Positions 25,204 through 37,965 of a stretch of 64,000 nucleotides of DNA are shown here, one piece after another. Where the stretch lies: positions 1,674,001 through 1,738,000 of the forward strand of contig OZ025783.1 in the NCBI GenBank assembly GCA_964019425.1, in the 5' to 3' direction. Every line of letters begins with the position of its first letter. The first letter of the stretch is position 1. The stretch is from Flectonema sp. DT1601. Its lineage: Eukaryota. Below the pieces are notes generated by a model that did no database searches, was not told the origin of the DNA, and saw only the letters and a list, made by a program, of their open reading frames with translations. The position numbers were made by a program, and so were the translations under genes.

Positions 25204-27342
25204 GTACTTTTTATATTTTCGCCAATTTTCTGTTTTTACGCGTTTTCGTGAATTTTAGCCTTTTTCAGTCAGTTGGTTCCACTCTTTGCGGATATACTTT
25301 TACAGCTTCTACCTAAGTGTTGAAGTGGTTTGTTGTGCGCTACAATACCAATGTTGCCTTTAAATCATTTATTTGTGAATCTCAGTTCTGTTGTTTTGTT
25401 TCATTTATTGTTGGCTCTCTCTACTTTCGATAGTTTTCGTTGTATCTGTTGTACCAATCAGTTCAAAAATTAGCTGATCTAAGTACACTCCTCTGGAAGG
25501 ACTTGGTTAACAAAACCCAAAAGTCTCCGGAAAACATTCTAATGGTGTGTCTTAAGAGCAATTACTGGACATCGTTCACAGATTATTAAACGAAGTTGTT
25601 GATTTTAATAATCGTGAATGTGATGTTCGGTGGCCTTTCACTCTCCAGTTCCGTTTTTTTTTGTTTTTTTGTTTTTTGTTTTTTTCGCATTTAACAAGTA
25701 AAATCTCCTTTAGCTTTATCAGTTAAAGTCGGTTCACGTTTCGTGCACAAACAAAACATCACAGTTGTTATATTACTGTTTTCTGTATAGTTTAAGATAA
25801 ATCCAATTCTTTTTTTTTTTCCTTGTCAGGATTAAACTATAATTCATCACCCACTTTAACTAATCTTTTGCGCTTTTCTGTCACTTCCCTTGAACAGGAT
25901 GAACAGTACTAACCTAGACAAGTAGAATTGTCTAAGGATTGGATTGTTCACCCACTAACAGGGAACGTTATTTCATCAAAACACTTCATATCTCAGGCTT
26001 TCTGTTTCGTTGAACAACAACTAAATATTTATTCATTTTATCATATTAGTCAGATTCGACTGGTATTTAGGTTCCTGAAATTTATTACTCGTCCAATTTC
26101 TTCAAGCGCTAATTTTTCGACGCTCTACGTGTGTTCGTATTGTTGTTTATTTATTAGTTTTATTTTTATCGTTTTTGCTTTCATTTTTTGTTTTAATGTA
26201 TTCCTTCCTATTTTTTCAATTTCGTTCATTTTTATTCTTTATTTTCGTAGTTTGTTAAAGCTGGGCAAGGTGAGAAAGCTATTGCTGTCCTTTAATTTTG
26301 TAGAGGTGTTATATGGAACAGCAGAACAATTTTATTTAATGTTTTCACTATCTTATTTTTTTTCTCGAAATGTATTTTTTTAATAATCTCATTTTTCTAA
26401 CTAACGTCAAATTTATGTACATACTCTTACCACCGTAGAGTAGGTATGAGGAACTGACGTTTTATCTGCTCAGCACCCCAATGATTAGTTTCTTTTCTTT
26501 TTTTCCGTCGATGGATTTGTGGAAATCGATAAAAATTTAAAAACGATTTCTGGACGTTGACGAGGTTGGTACTCCAATCAACCTCATCTCTTCGTCATGA
26601 TATATTCTTTACTCAGTCCAGACTTGGGCATCCGCACAGAATTGGAAAGTAACAAATAAACAACTGTTTGTTATCCTCTCTCACCAAGAAATAAGCGAAG
26701 AAATACTTTCATTCAGCACAGTTTTCTTTTTTTTTGAAAGAGTGGTCACAAGAACCCATTTCTATTCGTAAGCTGGGCGGAAGGAAAGTTTGATTTCGTG
26801 ATTTGTACAACAAGTACGCCTTTACAGGCGCTACTAACACTCTGTTGAAGTAACAATAAAATGTTTTCATTTATTGATAATGCTGACCTTTCAGCGTCAA
26901 AGTCCAACTGAATAAATAGTTTTTTGTTTAACTTAAATCAGTGGGCTTTCTCTGTCTATTCCCTCAATTCCTCTCCTGATGAATATCTGGACTATTTTAT
27001 CGAAGTGTCGGATGGACCACATTGCCAGGTCCGATAAAGAATCTTCGGCTTGTAAAGTAGGAGAGCAAATAGCTAGAGAACTACCTCCCTTTAGAAATTG
27101 CCTTTCAGACAATTTCTTAAAAGAAATGTCGTACACTTACACAAACAGAATTCCCTGCCCTTTGAAATGAAATAACACTTCTAATCATCGCAGGTTACTA
27201 ATATTTAACTTCTTGTCAGGGAACTCAGCAATAAGAGCTCACTGTTGTGATCACAAGTGAGGTTGTGATGTTAGGAATGGAGAAGTCCTTGTGGAGTAAA
27301 TCTATTTTAATTACTTTCCTCAACAGCCATTTACACAACAAC

Positions 27343-28881
27343 ATGACAATTTTATTTGTAGTCGCAGCGACCATCGCTGATGTGATCATTGGTGGAGAAT
27401 CGCGCCTCACTCTCCACAACACGGAAATCGTAGCGGGTAAATGGATTGATGATGAGTCCTGGTATTGGTCAGGGAATGGTGTGAGGGGTTGCTTTGGAAC
27501 CGAACCGTACTCGCAGGAGAATTGCAAACTGCGGGTTCGATTTGTAGGAGCGAATATAAAAATATTTGGAGATCTCAACGGAAAGGGAATCAGAACACAT
27601 TTCTATATAAACGACGCCGAAGTTTACTCAGCGAAGATCGATGGAAATGACATCGCGAAAAAGAATTTATACTTCACAACAAATGTGAGGGCAGACGAGA
27701 TATTCGAAGAACAGATCCTCGATATTACCATCGCTTCAGACTACACACAGTCTTGGTCAATGCAATCAGATTTGAGGTATCAAAACTACGTCTCAATCTC
27801 ACACGTTGTTGTTGACTCACGCTATTGGTACCCACCGGAAGCTTTTAATTTATTTATTAATGAGAGAGGCTTACAGAGTGCCATGCTAACCCGGGTTCCA
27901 TTTTCGGCGGCCGAGGTCATCACAACCGGACTGGGTGATTCCCGAGGACAGGTATTCCTCGACGACCTGTTTTACAGCTACCTCACTTCAGGACTATCAA
28001 CTTCGGTAAGTACTGAGCAGCCTTCTCATTCTCTCGAAATAGTTTTCGCATCTCATCAAAACTTTACTCAAATTGTTAAAGGCGCCTACGTATCACCTGC
28101 GAAGTCTGGCGCTGCTTTTTCCGTTAATTTTGGTAGCACTAAATCAGTTGCGTACGATGGTGTTTGGTATCGCAGCGATCCTTCTCAAAATTCTAAGAGT
28201 GACTTTTTAAATAGCGGAGAAAGGTTTGTAACGTACTACAGACCCTCATATGATACCCTCTGGGGTGATGATCACCTCTCTGAATTGATGACCACTTGGA
28301 AGGAATCACGTGAGGGGGAGGAGTTGGTTATTCCTTTGGAAGTTAAACCTGGAGGGAGGTATTTATTACATCTGACGTTGGGTATTAATTTGGAAACTTC
28401 CGTTTCCGAAGAAAATGAATATTTTAATATCAACGTTCCCTCTAACGACACTGAGAGCGAACTTCGGTTTTTCCACAAATCGAAGCTCACGAAAGCCAGT
28501 CAGACCCGTTGTACAATTCCTGTTGCTGCTCGTTACTTTGCTGAGGTATCACAAACTGACTTGACCGTTGCGAATGTCGGCAGCTTTCCGACAACCAGAT
28601 TCGACCCATTCATCGGATCGTATTGCAAGTCAGGTTGTCATAGTAACTGGAGGGTTAAATATTTCTGTTCTCCCATCGTGACGCTCTCTGTTGGAGAAGA
28701 TGTTCTCCTCAACGAATTTGAATTGAGCCGCTTCACTGGAGGACTGCACGTTCCCATTTCAATTTATAAAATTATTGAAATCCCTTCTTTTAAATTCTCA
28801 ACTCAGATTTCGATAACTCCGCAACCCGGACATGTGGCCTCCATATTCGGATTATCTCTGAGGGAGATTGGAGGGAAATAA
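27343..28881 (+). CDS. Hypothetical secreted beta-rich protein
   Basis: ATG at 27343 after pyrimidine tract + CAG; hydrophobic N-terminus MTILFVVAATIA; ~510 aa intronless ORF. Confidence 0.7.
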   Translation: MTILFVVAATIADVIIGGESRLTLHNTEIVAGKWIDDESWYWSGNGVRGCFGTEPYSQENCKLRVRFVGANIKIFGDLNGKGIRTHFYINDAEVYSAKIDGNDIAKKNLYFTTNVRADEIFEEQILDITIASDYTQSWSMQSDLRYQNYVSISHVVVDSRYWYPPEAFNLFINERGLQSAMLTRVPFSAAEVITTGLGDSRGQVFLDDLFYSYLTSGLSTSVSTEQPSHSLEIVFASHQNFTQIVKGAYVSPAKSGAAFSVNFGSTKSVAYDGVWYRSDPSQNSKSDFLNSGERFVTYYRPSYDTLWGDDHLSELMTTWKESREGEELVIPLEVKPGGRYLLHLTLGINLETSVSEENEYFNINVPSNDTESELRFFHKSKLTKASQTRCTIPVAARYFAEVSQTDLTVANVGSFPTTRFDPFIGSYCKSGCHSNWRVKYFCSPIVTLSVGEDVLLNEFELSRFTGGLHVPISIYKIIEIPSFKFSTQISITPQPGHVASIFGLSLREIGGK

Positions 28882-29120
28882 TTTCGTCTGACTTATCTGC
28901 TCAGAAATATCTTCTTGTCATTCTTCGCTATTTTACAAGCATCCATTTCATGTTATTTGTTTTTGCTAGTCTAGTTTTGTTCCTCAGCAATCTACTGGGA
29001 CCTTGTCGTTTATATAATTTAATTATTCAACAGACTTACTGAAATCAGTGAGGAGCTGTTGTTGTTAAGTTGTCGTCATTCGTAGTGAATCTTAAAGTTC
29101 ATTCATCTCAGCGGCAAAAT

Positions 29121-32100
29121 ATGTTGTCAGCGGTGGCAATATTACTGAGCGCTGGGGTGGGAGTGGTGCCGCCAACAGTGACGTTAAACCCGAATCCAGT
29201 TGTTGTGGATATGAACAGCGGGTCGCATTCATTTAGTAATTTCTTAACGGGTGACGGTTTAGATTTACCACTAGGCGGAGACACATGTTGCGTTGCTACC
29301 GTCATTTCGAATGGAGCTACGCCACCCGTGGCGGATACAAATGACGGATGTGGTGTACCAAAGCCTTCTCTTTTCTCTTCACAGCCTTCGATAGCTGGAG
29401 GTACTTTATCATTTACAATAAATAACGACTTGTGGGGAACTAAACAATTTAGTGTAATCGCAGTGGACTCATTGGGAGACATAAAAACATTATCGCTGAC
29501 GATTATTATTCGACTGTCTAATAACTACCCCCCGACATACACACTTCGTAACGTTCCGACAGTTGAGATCTACGAGGATTCCTTCGGAGATGTTTTGATG
29601 GGTGATAAGGCAGAATGCCGATCACCTCTACGGGCACAAGGCAGGGCGTGTCAAGGAGAGAGACCTCGTGAATTGCGTATCCACGATTGGGTGGAAACCT
29701 TCGATTTAGGAGGTCAGTGGGAGAATCAACAGCAAACAATGAAATGGATTCTAAAACCAGAACGTGGAGAGTATTTCGTTGCCCCTGCAGATTGTCAGCC
29801 GACTGACTACCCCTGTCCTCAAAACCCAACAATTGATGACGGTGTTTGTCCATTTACTGATGAAATGCGTTATCTTCGTATGACATTAGAACCCCACGCA
29901 GTTGGAACAACTGGTATGCAGGTTTATTGTCAGGATGCAGGGCTACCAGGTCCAATGGACAACTGCCCAGAAACATTTTTTCAAATTCGGATACTGGCTG
30001 TGAACGATCCACCAGACGCATGCCCACTGCTAAATAATTTCCAACACATCGAATGTGCTGAAGTAGGCGGCTGTATACTCGACTTGCGTTGGTTGGCGTA
30101 CATCAATCCAGGTGGTGGTGTCGATGAGTCGAATCAGAAATTAGTTTCTGACTGCACGTGGGGACCTCGTGGTGCTAACGCTGGAGCAACAGAAGTCGAA
30201 TTGTTTTCAACAACTCCTCAGCTCGATGTTCAGAATGGAGAGCTCCATGTCACTTTAAAGGAATACGCGCAAGGCACTGGTTGGGTCACTTGTTCTCTTA
30301 CTGATGACGGAGGTGTCGGACCTGCTTTGCAAGCGAATGGAGATCCTTGCGATATGGACACTTGGTCTTTTACTCTTAATTTTGATATTACTCCCATCAA
30401 TAACGCTCCGCTATTCGATGTTGGTACTGCAACAAACGGAGGAGATATTTCTGTTGAAGAAGATTATGGTCCTCATGAAGTTCTGGGTTGGGCAACTAAA
30501 GTGAGCCCTTCTGGAGATCCTCATGAAAGAGATCAACCGCTACGATTCGAGTGCACTGCGGAAGACACTTCGCTGTTTGTACAGCAGCCAACAGTTTCAG
30601 TGAATGCAAACAGTGAGGGCGACTTGACATTTGAAGCTGCTCCAAATGTTTTTGGAACCGTCAGAGTTACCTGCGAACTCATCGACGTCGATACGCTCTG
30701 CAACGCCCCTCACGACTGCCGCACAGAAAGGACTTTCAAAATCGACATCTCTCCAGTTAACGACAGGCCTTCTTTAACATTTAAGAACAATCCTGTTGAG
30801 GTAGTTCAGGGAACTAATGTCGATCTAAAGGGGGCAGCTATTCCATACCCAGGAGCTGATAATGAATTGGATCAGACGTTTACATACACAGTGAGAACAC
30901 CTGGTAATGCAACTAACTTGTTTGTATCAACTCCTCAGATATTACCTGACGGCAATCTTCAATTTGTTACTGCGAGTGATCAGATTGGAAGTGTTACAGT
31001 CGAAGTGGTTGTTGTCGATTCTGGAGGGCAGCCGAATGACACGTCTTTACCTCAATATCTCACAATTAATGTTGGTGCTGTTAATCACGCTCCTTCATTC
31101 ATCCTTTCAACACACGATATTGTTGCTGACAACAAGGCTGGTGTTGTTACATTGGAGTCCTTTGCTACTAATATTAAGGCTGGGATTGCTGATTACGAAA
31201 ACCAGATGTCTGTTTCCTTTCAAATTACTCCACAGAATCCGATTGAGGCAGCAAATTTATTCACTGAGCTTCCTGAGATATCTCCTGACGGTACGTTGAA
31301 ATTTGCACCAAAATTGGGAACAACAGGGGTTACGGTGTTTTCTGCTATTTTGGTAGACTCCGGACCGTTTTGTTCAGCGACGGAACTTCTTTCGGGATGT
31401 TTACACGAAAATACTTCACCGCCGATTGAATTTGTGATTCAAGTTGGTGATGAACCACCACTTCGATTCACTCCAGGGATGACTATTTCTGTACAAGAGG
31501 ATTCTGATATTTATAATGAGACGAACTGGGCTATCGGAATTGTTAACCAAACTGGGTTTCCAGCTTTCTTTGAGAGCAGTGGGTATCACGAGTCTAAGTT
31601 CTCTGTCCCTCCAGCAATTAGATACGGCGATGGGATGATTTCATTTCAGCCTGGGCCGGATGTGACTGGAACTTTTGAAGTGAAGTTTTGTTTGAAAGTT
31701 TTAAACTCAACAACACTCATCAATTGTAAGTATTCTAAAATAGTAGTCGAGCCAGTTAATGATCGACCGTACTTCGAACTGCGTCAGGACGAAGTGTTTG
31801 TAACTGAAGGGTCGGGAGTCACAGCTATCGGTGAATTGCTAACGGCACTTACTGCTGGACCTTTAGAAGAAGATGTTCAGCAAACAGTTTCACTGTCGGT
31901 AGCGATGTTGGGAAGTTGTTCGTTCATCACTGGAGGTGTTGACATTGACCAAATCGGTGAAATTATTATAATCGTTAATGAAGACAGTACTGATAACTCC
32001 TGTGGGATTAACATCACTGCGACTGACTCTCTTGGTTTGGCGTTCAGTAGAACTTTGATTGTTAACCTTCAAACTGTAAACAACATTCCGACATTCATTC

Positions 32101-33695
32101 CCGGCTCTAGTTTAGTGTGGAGATCTAGTCATGGGATGTTTATTGATACTTGGGCAAGAAATATTTCAGCTGGCTTTACTGAGTCGAATCAAAATATTAC
32201 TTTTGAACTCACTTTTGACAGGACGAAGTCTCAGTTACTGAGTTCTATGTTTGAGATCCTTCCGACGATCGATTCGAAGACGGGAGTGTTGACATTTAAA
32301 CCAAAAGCTAATCAGTTTGGGATCGAAAAAACGAGAATTTTTGTGAAACTGAATGACGCCGGCGTTCCTCCACAATCATCTCCAACCTCGGAGTTTACGA
32401 TAACAATATTAGACAGCGTTGTGTATCTGACTCCAAGTTTCGATATTCTTCAAGGTGATATCATTCAAGTAGATGAAGATTCGGGTTTGAAAGTAATATC
32501 CGAATGGTGTCAGTTGGTGAACTCGACTTTCAATTTTGCGAACTATCCTCACACAGTAACAGTGACAGTGACATCTGGACTTGGAATTTTACAAAACGAA
32601 AAGTTAACCTTCCCACAGATTGACCCTACTACCACTAACCCAACTGTCAATGGAACACTTGCTTTTGAAACCAAAAAAGATCTGAATGGAGAAGTGACAC
32701 TCGATTTCATTTTCGATGATGGGATTACTCAAATCCAAAGAAGTGCACTCATAATTATCCATCCTGTTAATGATAAGCCTTCTTTTAGTATCAATTCTAA
32801 GGACTACCTTCTTCACTACCAGTCTGGTGTAGAACCTGAACAGATAATTAATTTCTTTGCGAAAGAAATTACTGCCGGCCCCGGAGAGGATTCAACGCAA
32901 AGGAATTCACTGAATTTCAGAGTTGATGTACCTGCGAACAGAAATATATTTTCATATGCAACTCCAGGTGCGGAGCCGAGAATGACGAGTGATGGAACCC
33001 TTCGCTTCACTCTCTCAGGAACTACTGGCGCTTCACAAATTCGAGCTGTCTTAAATGATGGAGTAGAAGACAGCGATGAGATTGTATTTTTTGTTGCCGT
33101 TTCACAAAAGGTTACGAAGCTTAGTGCGCGGGTTGCCAGCTCACTTCACGCAGACTCGGTGGCTTTTCGAAAGGCTCTAGCAAGGGACCTCGGAATCTCT
33201 CTTTACAGAATTGCTGTTCACAGTTGGGATGAGTCGAGTCCCGGATTTGCTAACGTCGTATTTTCAATCGTTGATCCAGACTCAGGTGAGCTGGCAGCTA
33301 ATACGGCTGCAGAGACTACTTCTCTTATTTTAGCATCTCCACCTTCTCGATTTCAGAACATTGGAGCATACAATATCACAGCACCACCCGACTTCGTTCC
33401 TACAGCACCGCAACCGCGAACCACACCGGGCAGTAGTAGTGGCTCCGTTCCTTCCAACACTGGAGGTGGTGGCAGCGACAACAAAAAGACGATCGTCATC
33501 GTCTGCGTGTCAGTTCTCGCTGCGGCTTTTATCGCTGGAGGTATTTACTATTGGAAGAGTCTTCAAAGTAAAAAGAGTGAAACTATTAAAACACAACCGG
33601 GAGAAGTTGGCGAGGGAAGCATGCGAGGCCTTCAATCACAAGAAATCTCCGACAACCCGATTAGCGAAGAGTTTCCGAGGGATGGTCAGCAGTAG
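29121..33695 (+). CDS. Type I membrane protein with ~10-11 tandem cadherin-like/Ig-like (VNDxP) repeats
   Basis: Recurrent (P/A)VNDxPxF...V.ED...G..E..Q...F...P.I...G.L.F units of ~100-130 aa; N-terminal hydrophobic stretch; C-terminal TM TIVIVCVSVLAAAFIAGGIYYW. Confidence 0.85.
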   Translation: MLSAVAILLSAGVGVVPPTVTLNPNPVVVDMNSGSHSFSNFLTGDGLDLPLGGDTCCVATVISNGATPPVADTNDGCGVPKPSLFSSQPSIAGGTLSFTINNDLWGTKQFSVIAVDSLGDIKTLSLTIIIRLSNNYPPTYTLRNVPTVEIYEDSFGDVLMGDKAECRSPLRAQGRACQGERPRELRIHDWVETFDLGGQWENQQQTMKWILKPERGEYFVAPADCQPTDYPCPQNPTIDDGVCPFTDEMRYLRMTLEPHAVGTTGMQVYCQDAGLPGPMDNCPETFFQIRILAVNDPPDACPLLNNFQHIECAEVGGCILDLRWLAYINPGGGVDESNQKLVSDCTWGPRGANAGATEVELFSTTPQLDVQNGELHVTLKEYAQGTGWVTCSLTDDGGVGPALQANGDPCDMDTWSFTLNFDITPINNAPLFDVGTATNGGDISVEEDYGPHEVLGWATKVSPSGDPHERDQPLRFECTAEDTSLFVQQPTVSVNANSEGDLTFEAAPNVFGTVRVTCELIDVDTLCNAPHDCRTERTFKIDISPVNDRPSLTFKNNPVEVVQGTNVDLKGAAIPYPGADNELDQTFTYTVRTPGNATNLFVSTPQILPDGNLQFVTASDQIGSVTVEVVVVDSGGQPNDTSLPQYLTINVGAVNHAPSFILSTHDIVADNKAGVVTLESFATNIKAGIADYENQMSVSFQITPQNPIEAANLFTELPEISPDGTLKFAPKLGTTGVTVFSAILVDSGPFCSATELLSGCLHENTSPPIEFVIQVGDEPPLRFTPGMTISVQEDSDIYNETNWAIGIVNQTGFPAFFESSGYHESKFSVPPAIRYGDGMISFQPGPDVTGTFEVKFCLKVLNSTTLINCKYSKIVVEPVNDRPYFELRQDEVFVTEGSGVTAIGELLTALTAGPLEEDVQQTVSLSVAMLGSCSFITGGVDIDQIGEIIIIVNEDSTDNSCGINITATDSLGLAFSRTLIVNLQTVNNIPTFIPGSSLVWRSSHGMFIDTWARNISAGFTESNQNITFELTFDRTKSQLLSSMFEILPTIDSKTGVLTFKPKANQFGIEKTRIFVKLNDAGVPPQSSPTSEFTITILDSVVYLTPSFDILQGDIIQVDEDSGLKVISEWCQLVNSTFNFANYPHTVTVTVTSGLGILQNEKLTFPQIDPTTTNPTVNGTLAFETKKDLNGEVTLDFIFDDGITQIQRSALIIIHPVNDKPSFSINSKDYLLHYQSGVEPEQIINFFAKEITAGPGEDSTQRNSLNFRVDVPANRNIFSYATPGAEPRMTSDGTLRFTLSGTTGASQIRAVLNDGVEDSDEIVFFVAVSQKVTKLSARVASSLHADSVAFRKALARDLGISLYRIAVHSWDESSPGFANVVFSIVDPDSGELAANTAAETTSLILASPPSRFQNIGAYNITAPPDFVPTAPQPRTTPGSSSGSVPSNTGGGGSDNKKTIVIVCVSVLAAAFIAGGIYYWKSLQSKKSETIKTQPGEVGEGSMRGLQSQEISDNPISEEFPRDGQQ

Positions 33696-34845
33696 ACTTC
33701 ACGTTTTGTAAGTCAGATCACATCCTCCTTTTGGTGGTAAACTCAAAACATAAGTTTTGCGTACCTTCTAATCTGACTCTGACTGTTTCAACACTTGTCC
33801 TTCTACTTGGAGTGATTTCTTCACTAATAACACTTTATTAGTATCCGCCCGGTGGGTACAATAATTTGTAGTTAGGTTCTGGTATGTAAGGGATTGGATG
33901 TATTATTACTATTTTTTACATTCTTTTTTATTTCGTAATCTTAAGTAAATTATGGCATAGCGCACTCGGTGTCGCTTGTTTTTGTCTCTCAGTTTAGTTT
34001 TGTTTCGTTCACGCCACCCTGTTGCTGTCGTATTCAATCTCGGGTGGTTCCCATTTTTGCTTCGAGTTGCAGTCGATAATACAATAGTAATCTACCACGT
34101 CTGATAAGTGCTGAGGTGGTGTTTATTTATTTATTATTGTCGCAACTCTTGAAGCGCACGAGGGGATCTACTTCCCTGCCGTCCACTCTCAGTGAGCATC
34201 TGTTTAACTGACGATTGTGGTTGTCGATGTTCCTTTTCTTGTGCCCTTTCAGCACTTGATAGAAATTCGTATCTGAAGGTGATAACTACCAACAGTTGGG
34301 ACTGACTAGGGAATGATAAAACACTTTTCATTATTTTGACAAGTTTTTTAGTTGTCGATTTGAAGGGCTGATTTAGACTGCGTTAAGTAGTCAACATCAA
34401 AGGATCAGTTCTGATTGATCTCAACTATGATTTCTGATTGTGATTATGTTGTCCTTCACATCATCTGATTCACCGTCTTCATCAACACTGAACTGAATAC
34501 CTTGTCCCTGAAGCATCTGAGTCTTCTCTGATTAAATCACTTTTGGTTAACTCAATCACAACATCTCCCCGTCATCATAAACAGTTCAAAGATTTCTTTT
34601 TATCTGAAATTTTTAGCTGAATCTTTTCCCCATACGGATGAATCCGTTTTGTTTCGTAGTGTCCCTCCAGTTCCCCTTTTTGGTATTGTTAGTCACGAAC
34701 GACTCACTAAAAGAGTACAGTAAAGATATCCCTAAAGATATTTATTATTACAGATTGATATGTAAAGTACACTTATGATGTCGATTAGTTGTTATTTAGT
34801 TCAGTTTGTTCTAACTTCAATACCACTCCAGCACTTTGATATAAA

Positions 34846-35385
34846 ATGTTCGGACCATTCGACTCTTCACGTGGTGGTGGTGGAGACAGCTTTGAGAACG
34901 TCTTCGATTCCCTCTTTCGTGATGTGCGGAATTTCTCAGATGCTGCGGAGACCTTTGTAACTACAATTGACGGAGAGACTTTGAGAAGTACAACGAGGAG
35001 TGCTGGTGGGTTTAGAAGTGCTGTTGATATCCAAGACTTGGGAGACTCAATTAGACTACAAGCAGACCTTCCTGGAGTAAAGAAAGATAATATCGATCTC
35101 ACATATGACAACGGACAGCTGTGTCTCCAGGCGAGTAGATCGTTAGATCCATCTCCTTCAGAAGATAGCTTCGCACAGGCGCTCAAGTCGCTGCCGGGAA
35201 CTGAGCAGTCAGCACCGGTGCAGTACCTGAGAAAGGAACGACGAGAGGGTTCCTTCAAAAGATGTTGGAGCCTGCCGTACCAAATTAACAGCCAACCGAC
35301 TTCCAGTTACTTTGATGCCGGCGTGCTGTCAATCGACTTCGATAAGGAAACTAGAGAAGCGCAATCGATAAATATCAACTTCTAG
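34846..35385 (+). CDS. Small heat-shock protein (Hsp20/alpha-crystallin domain)
   Basis: VDIQD...LQADLPGVKKDNIDL...ERREGSFKRCWSLP...FDAGVLSI, with C-terminal IxI motif (SININF). Confidence 0.92.
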   Translation: MFGPFDSSRGGGGDSFENVFDSLFRDVRNFSDAAETFVTTIDGETLRSTTRSAGGFRSAVDIQDLGDSIRLQADLPGVKKDNIDLTYDNGQLCLQASRSLDPSPSEDSFAQALKSLPGTEQSAPVQYLRKERREGSFKRCWSLPYQINSQPTSSYFDAGVLSIDFDKETREAQSININF

Positions 35386-35734
35386 GAAGAAGTTGTCAAC
35401 AGCGAGACAGTAATCAGCTGCAGTCAGTCGCCCAGGTTTTCGGTATTCTTATTTTGTGATTAGGTTTTCGGTGCAACCTGCAAAGAAGTTGATTCAGTTA
35501 CAGCAGGCTCCTACTTGATACATAGTGGATGAGAATAGCCACTTGGGGATGTTTTCTTTTTTTGTTCTTTAGCTCTAACCTTCCTCCGCTTTGATGAGCG
35601 ACTCTTAACTTTCATTCTATTCATTGGTTCTCATGATGTTGTTTACCCCAATTCAGAGAGTCACTATGCTGAGGTCAATTATTGTTTTCAAACTTAAATA
35701 TATTTTAAACAGTTGCAGGCGATAAATCTTTAAA

Positions 35735-37578
35735 ATGCCGCTTCTCCGGATAGTTGGTTCTTCGGAGATTATTTCCAACATATTAACCGACGGCAGAAAA
35801 AACAACCAAATCTGGCATGTGGGAAATGGGAAGTTGGGAATTGAGAATCAGTTGGATGCTTTGAAGAAGATTCTTAATTTGGACAACACCGAGAATGGAT
35901 TTGAAGGGTACGGTGTATTTACTGTTTCGGGTGGTGGAAAGGGAAGGCAAATCGATTTAGAGATGTCACTTTCACAGGTGCAGTCAGAATTCGGGATGCC
36001 AGTAAAAGAAATCTGGGTCGACAGAACAGCACCTCCACCACCCAAACCGACCCCCCCTCCAACACCTCCAACAACAGAACCACCAGAAGCTGACCCGCCA
36101 GCAGAACAACACGAACCACAACCTCCACAACCTCCACCAGCACCTATTCCCACAAGTCCTCAAGACTCCGACTACGAGGGAAACAATTGGATTCCGCTTT
36201 TAGTAAACAAGGAAGGCACTGTGTCCCTGTCCTCTCCTCATCAAGAGAGCTTTTGCAAAACTTGTCGGAAATGTGTAATGGCTAATCAAAATGCTGCTCT
36301 TTGGTCAGAAGTCAGCGAGTTTCCAATCCCACCCGTCGAGAATCGTAAGTTCAAAAGCGATTGGATGCAGAAGTTATCATTTGACAGAAAGAACACTGGG
36401 GAATGGAAAGTGAAGGGCTGGGCAGATGGTTTGGGAGTTAGTTGGAAGGATCGTTATTTCGCAGCTGGTCCTAATGGACTACATTACTATTCAACTCAGG
36501 GGATCGAACAGAAGGATCGCGCTAACGCCGCAAAGAACAGCAAAGTGTTTACTCCAACCACAGTCATCCTCACTGATCCATCTCCAGCTGAGTTTCCGAC
36601 CATCAAGGCAGGCGATGGATATAAATATTTGGGACTTCGCTTTTCATCTAACGAAGCTTTGATAATGAGAGTTAAGAGTGAATCTGATAAGAAAGAATGG
36701 CTATCGTTCTTCGAAACAACTATGAAGCAGCTTATGAAGAATGAAGTTTGGGCAGCTGCCACTGACCCTCCAGCAAGTAAGGTAATTATTATTATTTTAT
36801 GGTTCTGATTGGGTTGTACTTATTATTCATATAGTGAAACCATTAAACTAAAAACAGGACGCTTCCTCGAAATTGTTGGCCAACATGTCGGACTTGGCGG
36901 CCCTCAACGAAGTGAAGAGACACTGTGAGAAGTATGTTTTTATTTATTACTAATGATGGAATGGTACCACCAACTCAAAAGAAACTTTTATGATTACCAA
37001 CAAACAGTGAACGTGCCGAAGCAGTCCTAGCGGGTGGGAAAGCAGCAGCTGCAAAAGCAGAGTGCGAACATCTAATGAGAGGTGCTGACAGAGGTGAGGC
37101 TGAAGTAACTAAAATAATGGCTCAGATAAGAGACATGAAAAAACAACTGGAAACCGAACAGAAGGAGGCTGTCAAATCACAGAATGCCAGTTTGGTTGCA
37201 CTAGCCGATGCAAAATCAATGTACGATTCCTCTGTTGAATTGGTACAAAACATTACCAGCGATGTCAGCTTACGGGAACGGAAGAAGAAAGAGATTCAGG
37301 AGCGCATCAAAGAGCTGAACGGCGAGAAAGAAGAATTTATCGCATCAAAAAGAGCGATCTTTGCCCGATGGAGAAAGTCGGAAGAGCACTACTGCGATAC
37401 GAAGAAGGTTCCGTATTTGGCATTCTCACCTGCGAATTCATCGTGTCATCCACTGACATTTGGAAGCGGAAACTACGACCCCCCATCGTTGTTGTTACAG
37501 TCGGCGAGGTCTCCTTCAATTAGAAAACCAGTTCCTCCTCCAACGATGCCGTCTCCTGCGATATCGTCGCCGATGTGA
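35735..37578 (+). CDS. PH-domain protein with Pro-rich linker and C-terminal coiled coil; introns 36782-36857 and 36932-37007
   Basis: KSDWMQKL...WKDRYF...LHYY...SESDKKEWL is a PH signature. Both GT-AG introns restore the frame into ORF 37075-37578. Confidence 0.8.
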
Positions 37579-37965
37579 AAATATAAATAGTTGGCAGTCT
37601 TCAGAAAGAGGAGCTGAGTTGCCGCCTTTAATATGTGTGTTATTTGTGAAGTTAATATTTCTGTCCCTTTTGCTCCTTTCTTTTTTATAAAAAGGAGCAT
37701 CTTGTTGAACTTTATAAGTTGTACCATCCTCCAAACGTTGTCCTGTATTCGCCGTCTGGTATCTATTTTTTGTTAAGTTGTTGGCAGTAGTTGCATCTTC
37801 GATGCATTCTCCTCATAGATGCCGTTAGTGATTAGCGTTTGTATTTTGTTGTTATTTATCTTCATTCAGGTAAACATAAATAAATTTGTTGTTTCTATTT
37901 TATAAAATACTAAAGACGAGTTACATTTGATTAGTTAAATACTTTCCAACAGCTCGCATGACACA

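Noticed and set aside
25928..26383. 151-aa Phe/Ile-rich ORF (similar ones at 9785, 14598, 44141, 50174, 52527, 53140, 56461)
   Set aside because: Translations of T-rich intergenic/UTR DNA, mimicking hydrophobic proteins.
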